This document shows, piece after piece, positions 1-9,694 of a stretch of DNA of 64,000 nt. The position numbers were made by a program, and so were the translations under genes. Origin of the DNA: Candidatus Dormiibacterota bacterium (GTDB lineage: Bacteria > Chloroflexota > Dormibacteria > Aeolococcales > Aeolococcaceae). The notes under the pieces were generated by a model that was given only the letters and a program-made list of their open reading frames with translations, ran no database searches and was not told the DNA's origin. The stretch lies in the NCBI GenBank assembly GCA_963718525.1, contig OY970355.1, forward strand, positions 2,784,001 to 2,848,000, written 5' to 3'. Positions within the stretch are counted from its first letter, which is position 1. Each line of letters begins with the position of its first letter.

Positions 1-30
1 CAGCGTCGAGTTGCGCAGCGTTGTGCTCAT
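1..30 (-). CDS. 5' end of the next liv-operon gene (probably LivM-type permease), truncated by the window edge
   Basis: ATG at 28-30 overlaps the TGA of the upstream permease (ATGA coupling); operon position. Confidence 0.45.
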   Translation of the reverse strand, partial: MSTTLRNSTL

Positions 31-905
31 ACCTGGCGCTGCCGCCCAAAGCTGAACAGCCCTTGCGGGCGAAGCATCAGCACCACGATCAGAATCACGA
101 ACCCCCCGAGTGGGGCGAGGTCGGAACCGATGTAACCGCTGACGTAGCTGAGTGCGAGACCAACCGCCACCGCCCCAATCACCGCCCCGGCCGGGCTCTC
201 GAGACCGCCGATGATGGCGCCCGTGAAGCCGAACACGAGCACCTCGTCCATGTTGCTGGGGTATACGTAGACGGACGGCGCTGCCAGCGTCCCGGCGAGC
301 GCGCCGAGCAATGCGGCCAGCCCCCACCCGAGCGTGAGCATCCTGCCGACCCGAATCCCGAGAATGCGGGCGATCTCCGGATTGAACGCCGCCGCGCGCA
401 TGCGCAGTCCGAGGGTGGTGCGTTGAAAGACGAGGAACAGCAGCAGCATCGCGACCAGCACCGCGCCGATCGTGAACAGATCGAATGGTGAGATGTCGAG
501 TGAGGTCGACCCGGCCACGAGGTTGGTGTTCGAAACGGGCACGGGAAACGATTGCGTCTGCCCACCGAACAGCATCGGCGCCACCGCCTCGAGAAGGATG
601 AGCACGCCGAGGCTCAGAATCACGGCGTTGAGCGGCGGGCGGGACTCCACCGGGCGCACCAGGACGCGTTCGATGATCGCGCCGAGCACGAACCCGGTCA
701 GAAGCGCCACCAGGAAGCCGAGCCAGTACGGGGCGCCGTGGCGGATCACCTCCAGGGCGACGTATGTCGTGAACATCGCCATCGCGCCCTGGGCGTAGTT
801 GATGATCCTGGTCGAGCGCCAGATCATCACAAGCGCCAGCGCCACCGCTGCGTAGACCATCCCGTTGGTGATGCCCGCGACGGTGTAGATCACAAAGAGA
901 TGCAC
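27..905 (-). CDS. livH: Branched-chain amino acid ABC transporter permease
   Basis: Hydrophobic 292 aa; NYAQG and GLRMRAAAFNPEIARILGI motifs. Confidence 0.92.
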   Translation of the reverse strand: MHLFVIYTVAGITNGMVYAAVALALVMIWRSTRIINYAQGAMAMFTTYVALEVIRHGAPYWLGFLVALLTGFVLGAIIERVLVRPVESRPPLNAVILSLGVLILLEAVAPMLFGGQTQSFPVPVSNTNLVAGSTSLDISPFDLFTIGAVLVAMLLLFLVFQRTTLGLRMRAAAFNPEIARILGIRVGRMLTLGWGLAALLGALAGTLAAPSVYVYPSNMDEVLVFGFTGAIIGGLESPAGAVIGAVAVGLALSYVSGYIGSDLAPLGGFVILIVVLMLRPQGLFSFGRQRQV

Positions 906-907
906 GG

Positions 908-1615
908 TCAGAAGCCCAGGTACGCGTGGCGGAGCGCGTCGTCGCCCGCAAGACGGTCGGCGCTGTCGCGCAGTTCGACCCGTCCCAGCGACAGCACGAT
1001 TGCCTGGTCGGCAACGGAGAGTGCGGACCGCGCGTTCTGCTCGATGAGCAATACGCTCAGCTTGCGCTCGAGCACCAGTGAGACGAGACGCTGCATGATC
1101 TGGGCGAGCAGTGCGGTGGCGAGGCCGAGGGAGGGCTCATCGAGGAGGAGCGCCGTCGGGCGTGCAACCATCGCGCGACCGATCGAGAGCATCTGTCGTT
1201 CGCCGCCACTGAGGTTCGACGCGTGCACCGCACGGCGTACCCTGAGTGGCGGGAAGAGTTCGTATGCCTCCTCGATCGCCACGCGCTGGTCGGCGCGGTC
1301 GCGGCGCCAGAGGCCCCCGAGGCGAAGGTTCTCCTCGACGGTCAGTTCGCTCACGATTCCGTGACCTTCCGGCACATGACCGACCCCGAGCCGCGCGATC
1401 GCCTCGGGAGATCTCCCCACCAGCTGATGATCGCCGAGCATCACCGAACCATGACGAGGCCTGACCAGGCCGGAGATGGTCCGCACAAGCGTGGTCTTGC
1501 CGGCGCCGTTCGCACCGAGCACCGCCGTGATGCTCCCTTCCGGGACGGACAGCGACACCTTCTCGAGTGCGATGACTCCTCCGTACGCGACCGTGAGGTC
1601 GGTGATCTCAAGCAT
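908..1615 (-). CDS. livF: Branched-chain amino acid ABC transporter ATP-binding protein
   Basis: GANGAGKTT, LSGGERQML, LLLDEPSLGL. Confidence 0.92.
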   Translation of the reverse strand: MLEITDLTVAYGGVIALEKVSLSVPEGSITAVLGANGAGKTTLVRTISGLVRPRHGSVMLGDHQLVGRSPEAIARLGVGHVPEGHGIVSELTVEENLRLGGLWRRDRADQRVAIEEAYELFPPLRVRRAVHASNLSGGERQMLSIGRAMVARPTALLLDEPSLGLATALLAQIMQRLVSLVLERKLSVLLIEQNARSALSVADQAIVLSLGRVELRDSADRLAGDDALRHAYLGF

Positions 1616-2396
1616 GAGCGACCGTCTGACCCAGATACGCGGTGGCGACAGCGGCGTTGGCGCGGATCTCCGCTGGTGAGCCCGAGGCGATCACCTGCCC
1701 GAGGTTGAGCACCGTGATGGTGTCGCTCACCGCCATGACCATGTCGACGTGGTGCTCCACAAGTGCGATCGCCATCCGCGTGCGCAGTGCGCCGAGCAGT
1801 TCGATGAGCTGGTTCACATCGGCAGCGGAGAGCCCGCTGGCCGGCTCATCGAGGAGCAGCAGCGCGGGTCTCACCATCAGCGCGCGGGCGATGATGACCC
1901 GCTTCTGGACGCCGTGGGGCAGCGCTCCCGGCGATGCGGAGGCGCGTTCTGCAACGCCGAGCTCCGCGAGGTATGTCATCGCCTCTTCGCGAAGCGCCCC
2001 CACGCGACGGTCTGCGCCCGGTGACGCCACGATGTCCGCTGCCAAACGAGCGCGCGACGGCGCACCGGCGACCACATTTTCGAGCACGCTGAGCGACGGC
2101 CACAGCCCGAGGCCCTGCAGCGTTCGTGCAATCCCCATGTGCGCAAGCCGCCACGCCGGCACCCCGAGCAGCGGCTGTCCCTGGAAGGTGATCGTCCCGT
2201 TGCTGGGCGTGACGAATCTCGAGACCGCGTTGAAGAGCGTGGTTTTCCCAGCGCCATTCGGCCCGATCACCCCGACGATCTGATTGGCGCGCACCGTCAG
2301 CGAGACGCCGTCGAGAGCGACGACGCCTTCGAAGCGCACGTCGATGCCGGCGACCTCGAGGACGACCGCCGATGCGCCCGATGTCGTCACGGACAC
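1608..2396 (-). CDS. livG: Branched-chain amino acid ABC transporter ATP-binding protein
   Basis: GPNGAGKTTLFN, LLLDEPASGL, C-terminal AYLG. Confidence 0.92.
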   Translation of the reverse strand: MSVTTSGASAVVLEVAGIDVRFEGVVALDGVSLTVRANQIVGVIGPNGAGKTTLFNAVSRFVTPSNGTITFQGQPLLGVPAWRLAHMGIARTLQGLGLWPSLSVLENVVAGAPSRARLAADIVASPGADRRVGALREEAMTYLAELGVAERASASPGALPHGVQKRVIIARALMVRPALLLLDEPASGLSAADVNQLIELLGALRTRMAIALVEHHVDMVMAVSDTITVLNLGQVIASGSPAEIRANAAVATAYLGQTVAHA

Positions 2397-2515
2397 TCTA
2401 CGGCGACCCGTTCAATCCCCATGAGCGCCCGCAGGGTACAGCGATCGATGGGCCTTTGCCTTCCCTCACAGGGGGGATTTATCTCGCGTCGTCGCCGGTC
2501 GCGACGGTGAAGTGC

Positions 2516-3274
2516 TCAGCGAATCGCCACGAGCACGCGATTGGCGAGATGCTGCCACAGGGTTCCCACCTCGGCAAAACCGGCCGAGAAGAGCGCAGAC
2601 CGATGGAATTCATAGCTGTGCGCCTCGTCCCCGTGCGGGTGAGCGTGCCAGCGCTGCTCCCGCTCCGCCACCGCTTCGGCGAGGCCCGGTTCGGCGACAA
2701 CGGCTGACCACCAGGCGTCGTAATCCTCGGCACCGGGCGGCGCGTCTGGCCATTCCGGACGCACCTGGCGCGCGGCCGCGGCGATCGCCTGCTGGTCATG
2801 ATCGAAGTCGAGCCGGTCGCCGTCGAGGAACACGGCTCCTGGGCGGAGCACGCCGGCAAGCGTGCGGTACAGGCGAACGAGCTGTTCGAGGCCAAGCCAG
2901 TGCAGCGCCGTGGTCGACACCGCAGCGTCGTACGGGCCCGGCGACGGCAGCGCACTGACCCAATCGGCCCGCAGGTCGGCGTCCAGGAACTGAATATTCC
3001 TGTCTTTGAGAGCGCCGCGACCGATGGCGAGCAGCACCGGGTCGGCATCGATGGCGACGATCTGGGCACCGGGAATTCGATCAACAACGCGAGCGCTCAG
3101 CGATCCCGGTCCGCACCCGAGGTCCAGCACGCGTGGCTCGGGTCCCGCGAACGCCGCCACCGCATCGGTGATGGCGGCGAAACGTTCCTCACGGTCGGGG
3201 ATGTGGCGCTGCTGCTGCGCGTCCCACCGCGCCAGCCAGTTCGTGTGATCAATGGTGACGGCCTGGATGCTCAT
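2516..3274 (-). CDS. Class I SAM-dependent methyltransferase
   Basis: VLDLGCGPG motif; start taken at MSIQAV (3292 is an alternative). Confidence 0.85.
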   Translation of the reverse strand: MSIQAVTIDHTNWLARWDAQQQRHIPDREERFAAITDAVAAFAGPEPRVLDLGCGPGSLSARVVDRIPGAQIVAIDADPVLLAIGRGALKDRNIQFLDADLRADWVSALPSPGPYDAAVSTTALHWLGLEQLVRLYRTLAGVLRPGAVFLDGDRLDFDHDQQAIAAAARQVRPEWPDAPPGAEDYDAWWSAVVAEPGLAEAVAEREQRWHAHPHGDEAHSYEFHRSALFSAGFAEVGTLWQHLANRVLVAIR

Positions 3275-3293
3275 GACCGGGGTATGTACCACA

Positions 3294-4414
3294 TCAGCGT
3301 TCGGCGGCCGCGGGCAGCTTCAGCGTGATCGCCGTGCCGTCTTCGGCGCTGCTCGCCGCGGCCACCGAGCCACCATGCGCCTCCACGACGTCGCGGACAA
3401 TGGCGAGACCGAGCCCTGACCCGCTGGACGATTGGCCCTTCACGAAGCGGTCGAACACGCGGGGAAGCAGATCTGGAGGAATCCCCGCACCGTCGTCGTG
3501 CACGGTGAGCATCACGTACCCGCCCGCAGCGACTCCATTGACGGCGATGGTGCCGCCGACGCGAGCATGTGCCAGCGCGTTGCTGACGAGATTGCCCAGA
3601 ACCCCGCGCATCCTCCCCGGGTCGGCATCGATGGCCGGTACGCCGGCATCGACCTTCTCGGTGAGTTGCACGCCCGCAGCCCGTGCCTCCGCGCCGAACG
3701 CGTCCAGTGTCTCGTTGACCAGCACCGCAACATCGACCGGCTCACGGTGGAGCCGCAGCGCGCCGCTCTCCGCCAGCGTCAGGGTGCTGAGATCGTTGAC
3801 CAGCATCTCCAGCAACTCGGTCGCGCTCACGATCGGCGCCATGTGGTCGGCATCGGCCGGGTAGATCCCGTCCGCGATCGCCTCCGCCTGCCCTCGGATG
3901 ATCGACAGTGGTGTGCGCAACTCGTGGGCGATGTCGGCAAGGACCGAACGGCGCCGCGTCTCCTCGGCCTCCAGACGGCCGCTCATCTCATTCATCGCGC
4001 GAGCGAGCGAGCGCAGGTCGGACGGCCCGCGTACCGGCACTCGTGTCGAGAGATCGCCGCCCTCGATGCGGTGCGCTCCCTCGATGAGCGCCCCGACCGG
4101 CGCCGCGAGGCGGCGGAGCAGCAGGATCACCACGATGATCGCGACCCCACCGAGAGCCAGAGCGGTGACCGCCACAGCGGTGTCGAATGGCGCCGAATTG
4201 ACCACGCCAAAGGCGCTGAGCAGCAGCCAGACGACTCCGAATATCGCACTGAGCACCACGAGGAATGCGATCCCGGCGAGGCAGCCGATACGGCGGGCGA
4301 TGCGCCGCCCGTGACGCTGCCAGTTGGGGCCTGCGCCCCACGGACCTCGCTCGCCATCAGGCCACCACGGAGGGCGGCCACCGCCTCCATCCTTTCGCCA
4401 CGGCGGTCCCGTGG

Positions 4415-4418
<4 letters not shown>
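3294..4418 (-). CDS. HAMP-domain sensor histidine kinase (BaeS-like)
   Basis: 2 TM, HAMP, AHELRTPL H-box, DDGAGI, GSGLGL. Confidence 0.93.
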
Positions 4419-5104
<686 letters not shown>

Positions 5105-5162
5105 GGCGAACCTCATCGTAGGGTCGACGTGGGGCGGCGAGCAGCCGTCGCCCCACGCGCCG

Positions 5163-5438
5163 TCAGACCGATTGCGGGGTGGCCGCCGACGTTTCGGGCT
5201 CCGATGCCTTGCGGCCGGTGCACTCACCACCGCCCCAGCCCTTGCCACGCGGCCCGAAGGATCCTGGACCGAATCCACGCCAGTTGCGGCGCCGGGGAGT
5301 CAGGCCGAGCACCCGTGGCAGCACCAGAGCGCCGAGGAAGGTGATCACGATGAACCCCGGATCGCGCGTGGTGATGCCCACCGCGGTTGCGGCCCCAACG
5401 GCGACGAGTCCCCAGGCAGTGCGTCCTGCACGATACAT
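5163..5438 (-). CDS. Small membrane protein, first gene of the two-component operon
   Basis: AAGGAG SD before ATG; two hydrophobic segments then a Gly-rich tail. Confidence 0.7.
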   Translation of the reverse strand: MYRAGRTAWGLVAVGAATAVGITTRDPGFIVITFLGALVLPRVLGLTPRRRNWRGFGPGSFGPRGKGWGGGECTGRKASEPETSAATPQSV

Positions 5439-5492
5439 GTCGTTTCTCCTTGTGGAGGGTTGAACGGTACGTGCATCACTGTCGCGTCCAGA

Positions 5493-5509
5493 TGTGAATC
5501 ACGTGTGAG
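5493..5509 (-). promoter_or_regulatory. TCACA-N6-TCACA direct repeat, candidate OmpR-family binding site
   Basis: Minus strand CTCACAcgtgaTTCACA, 11-bp period, upstream of the RR/HK operon. Confidence 0.5.
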
Positions 5510-5794
5510 CGAGGGACGGAGGTCTCGCGCACGTCCTGCGGTTGAGAGACGGCGGTTCTCTGTCACCGCACGACGCGGTGCAGTCAGCCTGCGGCCCCGT
5601 AGGCGATGGGCCGCCGGGGATCCGCGCTCCACTCTGAAAACGAGCCGTCGTACACGCCGGCTCATGCTCTCGGCGCGACGGCCAGTCCCCTCGTGCAATC
5701 CCTCCACGTGCAGCTGCTCAAGCAGGCCGATACGACCTGAATCTGGCGACCCGCTGCCACCGCTCAGTGCTGAGGCCGTACGCTGTCGGGCGAC

Positions 5795-7045
5795 GTGCCG
5801 AGTCCCATCGCCGAGACCCTGGCAGTGCTGCTCCTCGCCGGGACGTTGGCATGCGCCATCGGGCGCCCGCGCGGATTGCCGGAAGCGGTTGTTGCGGTTC
5901 CTGCCGCCGGTCTGCTGCTGGTGCTCGGTGTCCTGCCGCTCGGGCAAGCTGGTACTGAAGCCGGCGGGCTTGGACCGACCATCGGCTTTCTCGCGGCCGT
6001 GCTCGCCCTCGCCAATCTCTGTGATCGCCACGGACTGTTTGAGGCTGCGGGATCGTGGATGGCCGCCGGCTCCGGCGGAAGACCGGTTTCCTTGCTCGTC
6101 CTCGTCTTTGCCGCGGCCAGCGTCGTCACCGCGGTGCTGAGCCTCGACGCGACTGTCGTGTTGCTCACACCGGTCGTGTTTGCGACCGTTGCGCGGCTCC
6201 GCCTCCGGGCAAAGCCGCACGTATACGCGTGCACGCATCTCGCGAACTCCGCGTCGCTGTTGCTGCCAGTCTCGAACCTCACCAACTTGCTGGCATTCGG
6301 CGCGAGTGGTCTATCGTTCGCTCGATTCGGAGCAACCATGGCACTCCCGTGGCTGGCCGCCATCGGCGTCGAATGGTTGGTGTTTCGCCGTTTCTTTGCT
6401 GGCGACCTGGTTGGCCGCGGTACTGCCCGCGATATCAAGCCGCTTCCGGTACCAGCGTTCGCGGCCGTCGTGGTTGCGCTCACGCTCGTCGGCTTCTTCG
6501 TCACGTCGGCCTTCAATGTCAGCCCGGCATTCGCGGCGCTCGCCGGCGCACTGGTCCTTGCCGCACCTGCAATTGCGAGCCGGAAGACGAGTCTCCGGGC
6601 CATTGCGATGTCGATCGACATCCCATTTCTCGCGTTCGTGCTGGCACTCGGGCTGATCGTGAAGGCAATCTCGCTGCACGGCCTGGGCTCGCTCGTGGCC
6701 CACGTCGTTCCGGGAGGTGCCGGCCTCGGTTCGCTGCTGCTCATCGCTGTCATCGCAGCCGTGCTCGCGAACGTGATCAACAATCTGCCGGCGGCGCTGT
6801 TGCTCATCCCTGCAGTCTCGGGGGCAGGCGCAGGCCCCGTGCTCGCCGTGCTCATCGGCGTCAACACCGGACCCAACCTCACCTATGTGGGCTCGCTGGC
6901 CACATTGCTCTGGCGGCGGGTGCTCATCCGCCGCGGCGAGGAGTTGCCGATCTCCGAATTCATCCGCCTCGGCGCCCTCACGGTGCCGCCAGTGCTCGTG
7001 GCCGCGACCGTCGCGCTGTGGATTTCGCTGCGATTGGTGGGTTAA
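5795..7045 (+). CDS. arsB: ArsB/NhaD-family (ion transporter superfamily) permease
   Basis: Polytopic membrane protein; ANSASLLLPVSNLTNL and NTGPNLTYVGSLATLLW motifs; adjacent ars genes. Confidence 0.8.
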   Translation: MPSPIAETLAVLLLAGTLACAIGRPRGLPEAVVAVPAAGLLLVLGVLPLGQAGTEAGGLGPTIGFLAAVLALANLCDRHGLFEAAGSWMAAGSGGRPVSLLVLVFAAASVVTAVLSLDATVVLLTPVVFATVARLRLRAKPHVYACTHLANSASLLLPVSNLTNLLAFGASGLSFARFGATMALPWLAAIGVEWLVFRRFFAGDLVGRGTARDIKPLPVPAFAAVVVALTLVGFFVTSAFNVSPAFAALAGALVLAAPAIASRKTSLRAIAMSIDIPFLAFVLALGLIVKAISLHGLGSLVAHVVPGGAGLGSLLLIAVIAAVLANVINNLPAALLLIPAVSGAGAGPVLAVLIGVNTGPNLTYVGSLATLLWRRVLIRRGEELPISEFIRLGALTVPPVLVAATVALWISLRLVG

Positions 7046-7609
7046 TGTCGCCCATGAACATCGTCATCTGGATCGTCGAGGGAACCTGGGAAGGTTGCGT
7101 CGACGCGGCGCTCGCGCACTTTCCGGCAGATGCACACTTCACGCTCCTGCACGTGACGCCTTCGGACGTTACGGAGGCAGCGGGCGCGGCGAGCGCCGGC
7201 CTCTTCGGGCGCGCGTTCGCAGGGCGGAAACCAAGCCAACGCTACGACGATATCGCCGACGACGAGGCCTCAGAGTTGCTCGCCGCGGCCGCGCGGCGGG
7301 TTGGGCAACCCGACGTTGAGTTGATCAGTCGACGCGGTCGCATCGAACGCGAGGTGGTAGACGCCGTCGCTGAAGCGGTCGATGTTCTCGTGGTTGCGCG
7401 TGACGGCGATCACTCGCGGCTCGGACCAAAGAGCCTCGGTCACGCAACCCGCTTCGTGGTCGACCATGCCCCCTGCGCTGTGCTCCTGGTCTGGCCGGAC
7501 GAGAACTCCGGGCATCGAGTCGATACCCCCGCCGAAGCACGGTCGGCCTCGAGGGCACGGACCGCCCCCGAAGCACAATCCACCGCCGCACGAGCGCCGC
7601 GACCGCTGA
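7045..7609 (+). CDS. Universal stress protein with an apparent 1-nt insertion at ~7504
   Basis: USP C-terminus LGHATRFVVDHAPCAVLLVWP; removing one A gives ...ETPGIESIPPPKHG...RDR* ending at 7609. Confidence 0.8.
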
Positions 7610-7653
7610 CCCTTGCCGGGCGCCTTCGGAACCGGGTTCGGGCGCAGGGCGGT

Positions 7654-9042
7654 CTATTGCCGCAACCCGGCGACCGAGCGAACCCAGGTCTGGGCACCGA
7701 TCTGCATCGCGTCCCAAGGGCTGCCGAGCGGCGGTGTGTACGAGAGGTCGAGGTCGTTGAGCGACTCGACCGACATCTCGTTGTAGATCGCGGTTGCGGC
7801 GATGTCGATGCGCTTCGCCACCTCGGCGTGCTGGTGGCCGAAGAGCTGCACGCCAAGCAGCCTGCCGGTCCGCCGGTCGCCGGTCCACCGCATGGCGATC
7901 CGATGCGAGCCGGGGTAGTACGCCTTGTGGTCGTCGGCTTCGGACGCGACCGTCACCGGGTCGAAGCCGGCGCTCGCGGCCTCGTGATCGCGCAATCCCG
8001 TCCGCGCAGCGGCCATGTCGAAGATCTTCACGACCTGGGTTCCGAGGCTGCCGGCGAACTCTCGGCTGCCCCCGAGTGCGTTCTCACCGGCGAGGCGTCC
8101 TTGCTTGTGGGCGGTCGTACCAAGCGGAACATATGTCGCTCCGAGCAAACGATGGTGAGTCACCACGCAGTCGCCTGCCGCGAAGATATCCGGCAGGTTG
8201 GTGCGCATGGTCCGGTCGACATCGATCGCCCCTCGGATTCCCAGCCGGGCACCGGCACGTTCGGCCAGGGCAACGTCGGGTCGCACCCCCGCGAACACCA
8301 GAACGATGTCGGCGTCTCGCTGCAACGGCACGCCCTCGCGCGACATGCCGTCGACGCGCAGTCGTGTTCCGTGCTCATTGCGCGTGATGCGACGCACGAC
8401 GGTGTCCGTCACGATCTCCACCCCGTGTGCCCGTAGCTCGGCCGCCACGGTGGCTCCCAGGTCGGCGTCGACCGTCGGCAGCACCTGGGGAAGCTGTTCG
8501 ACCTGGGTCACGTCGAGGCCGCGAACGGTCAGGGCGTCAGCCATCTCGAGGCCGAGGTAGCCGGCGCCGATGATCACGGCAGTCCTTGGGGCAGCCGCAG
8601 TCAGAGTGCTCATGACCCCGAAGGTGTCCCCCATCGAATGCACGACGTGGACGCCGTCATCGGGGCCGAGATGATCGAGCCCGTCGATCGGCGGCCGTAC
8701 CGGAAGGGCGCCGGTGCCGATCACCAGGGCGTCGTACTTGATGACACTCGAAGTTCCGGCCGCGTCTCGGACCTGCACCTCGTGTGCGCCCGGATCGATG
8801 CGTTCCGCCGTCGTCCGCAGATGGAGACGCATGCCGGTCGCCTCCAGGTCCGCGATGCTGCGGTGCGCCAGGCTCCGCCAGTCGGGCACCTCGCCCGACA
8901 CGTGGTACGGAATACCGCAAATGGAAAAGTTCGGGTAGTCGTCAGCGACGATGACATCCACATCGGCTTCTGCGGCAAGCTCGCGGGCGCGCAGCGCCGC
9001 GCTGATGCCTGCATCGCTGCCGCCGATGGCGACGAGACGCAT
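7654..9042 (-). CDS. FAD-dependent oxidoreductase, CoA-disulfide reductase/NADH oxidase family
   Basis: GGSDAG FAD motif, NFSICGIPY active-site Cys, GAGYLGLE, DLSYTPP. Confidence 0.9.
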   Translation of the reverse strand: MRLVAIGGSDAGISAALRARELAAEADVDVIVADDYPNFSICGIPYHVSGEVPDWRSLAHRSIADLEATGMRLHLRTTAERIDPGAHEVQVRDAAGTSSVIKYDALVIGTGALPVRPPIDGLDHLGPDDGVHVVHSMGDTFGVMSTLTAAAPRTAVIIGAGYLGLEMADALTVRGLDVTQVEQLPQVLPTVDADLGATVAAELRAHGVEIVTDTVVRRITRNEHGTRLRVDGMSREGVPLQRDADIVLVFAGVRPDVALAERAGARLGIRGAIDVDRTMRTNLPDIFAAGDCVVTHHRLLGATYVPLGTTAHKQGRLAGENALGGSREFAGSLGTQVVKIFDMAAARTGLRDHEAASAGFDPVTVASEADDHKAYYPGSHRIAMRWTGDRRTGRLLGVQLFGHQHAEVAKRIDIAATAIYNEMSVESLNDLDLSYTPPLGSPWDAMQIGAQTWVRSVAGLRQ

Positions 9043-9048
9043 TGCGGC

Positions 9049-9543
9049 TCAGGCGCTCAATGCGTCGAAGGCGTCGGCACTCCCTTCGGGAACGGTTGCT
9101 GACGAAGCGCAGCAGTCGCTGGTTGGCTCAGCGGATGCCGTGGTTGCACAACACCCTTCCGTGCCTGTCGCGTCGCTTACGGGAGCATCAGCAAGCACCG
9201 TGTACACCTCCCACCGGGTATCTGCTCCGGTCACCCAGACCTTGTCCTGTAGAGCATGACAGCACGTGATGCCGTCCTCGACATCGGTCCGAAGCCCTTC
9301 CGCCGCCAGGCGCCGTGTTGCGCTCACAACCTCATCAGCCGTGCCCACCTCCACGCCGAGATGATTCAAGGTCCCAGCCTGCGCCGGGTTCTCGAAGAGC
9401 ACCAGCTTCAAGGGCGGGTCCGCGACCGCGAAGTTGGCGTATCCAGGGCGCCGCTTTGCCGGCTCGGTCCCAAAGAGCTTCGAGTAGAAGCTGACAGCCT
9501 CATCGAGATGGCTCACATTCAGCGCGAGCTGCACCCGGCCCAT
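9049..9543 (-). CDS. arsI: ArsI/CadI-family VOC metalloenzyme (C-As lyase-like)
   Basis: MGRVQLALNV, LNHLGVEV, TCCHALQDKVWV; extra C-terminal CC pairs. Confidence 0.88.
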   Translation of the reverse strand: MGRVQLALNVSHLDEAVSFYSKLFGTEPAKRRPGYANFAVADPPLKLVLFENPAQAGTLNHLGVEVGTADEVVSATRRLAAEGLRTDVEDGITCCHALQDKVWVTGADTRWEVYTVLADAPVSDATGTEGCCATTASAEPTSDCCASSATVPEGSADAFDALSA

Positions 9544-9544
9544 C

Positions 9545-9604
9545 TCAGCAGTCGCAGTCGCAGTCGCAGTCGCCGGTGCCGTCGCAGCCGCAATCACAAA
9601 TCAT
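9545..9604 (-). CDS. 19-aa Cys/Asp-rich peptide MICDCGCDGTGDCDCDCDC
   Basis: AGGAGG SD at 9620-9615 upstream of the ATG at 9604; stop 1 nt before the arsI ATG; 7 Cys. Confidence 0.75.
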   Translation of the reverse strand: MICDCGCDGTGDCDCDCDC

Positions 9605-9620
9605 GGTGACCAGACCTCCT

Positions 9621-9688
9621 ATCGATGACCGTCGATTGAACGAATCGCATCCTAGCGTGTTCCATCGAAGACTGTCAATGGGTAGAAT
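9621..9688. promoter_or_regulatory. Divergent promoter with two ArsR-type inverted repeats
   Basis: ATCGA-N6-TCGAT (9621-9636) and CATCGA-N6-TCAATG (9663-9680); minus-strand TTGACA-18-TAGGAT; plus-strand TAGAAT at 9683-9688. Confidence 0.7.
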
Positions 9689-9694
9689 GGGAGG

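Noticed and set aside
6055-8436. 793-aa plus-strand ORF
   Set aside because: Chimera of an off-frame arsB overlap, the real USP, and read-through antisense to the oxidoreductase caused by the 7504 indel.
9544-9597. MIAAATAPATATATATAE N-terminal extension of ArsI, or a simple GCAGTC microsatellite
   Set aside because: The SD is positioned for the ATG at 9604 in the Cys frame, and ArsI-family proteins begin at M-x-R-V-Q-L-A-L.
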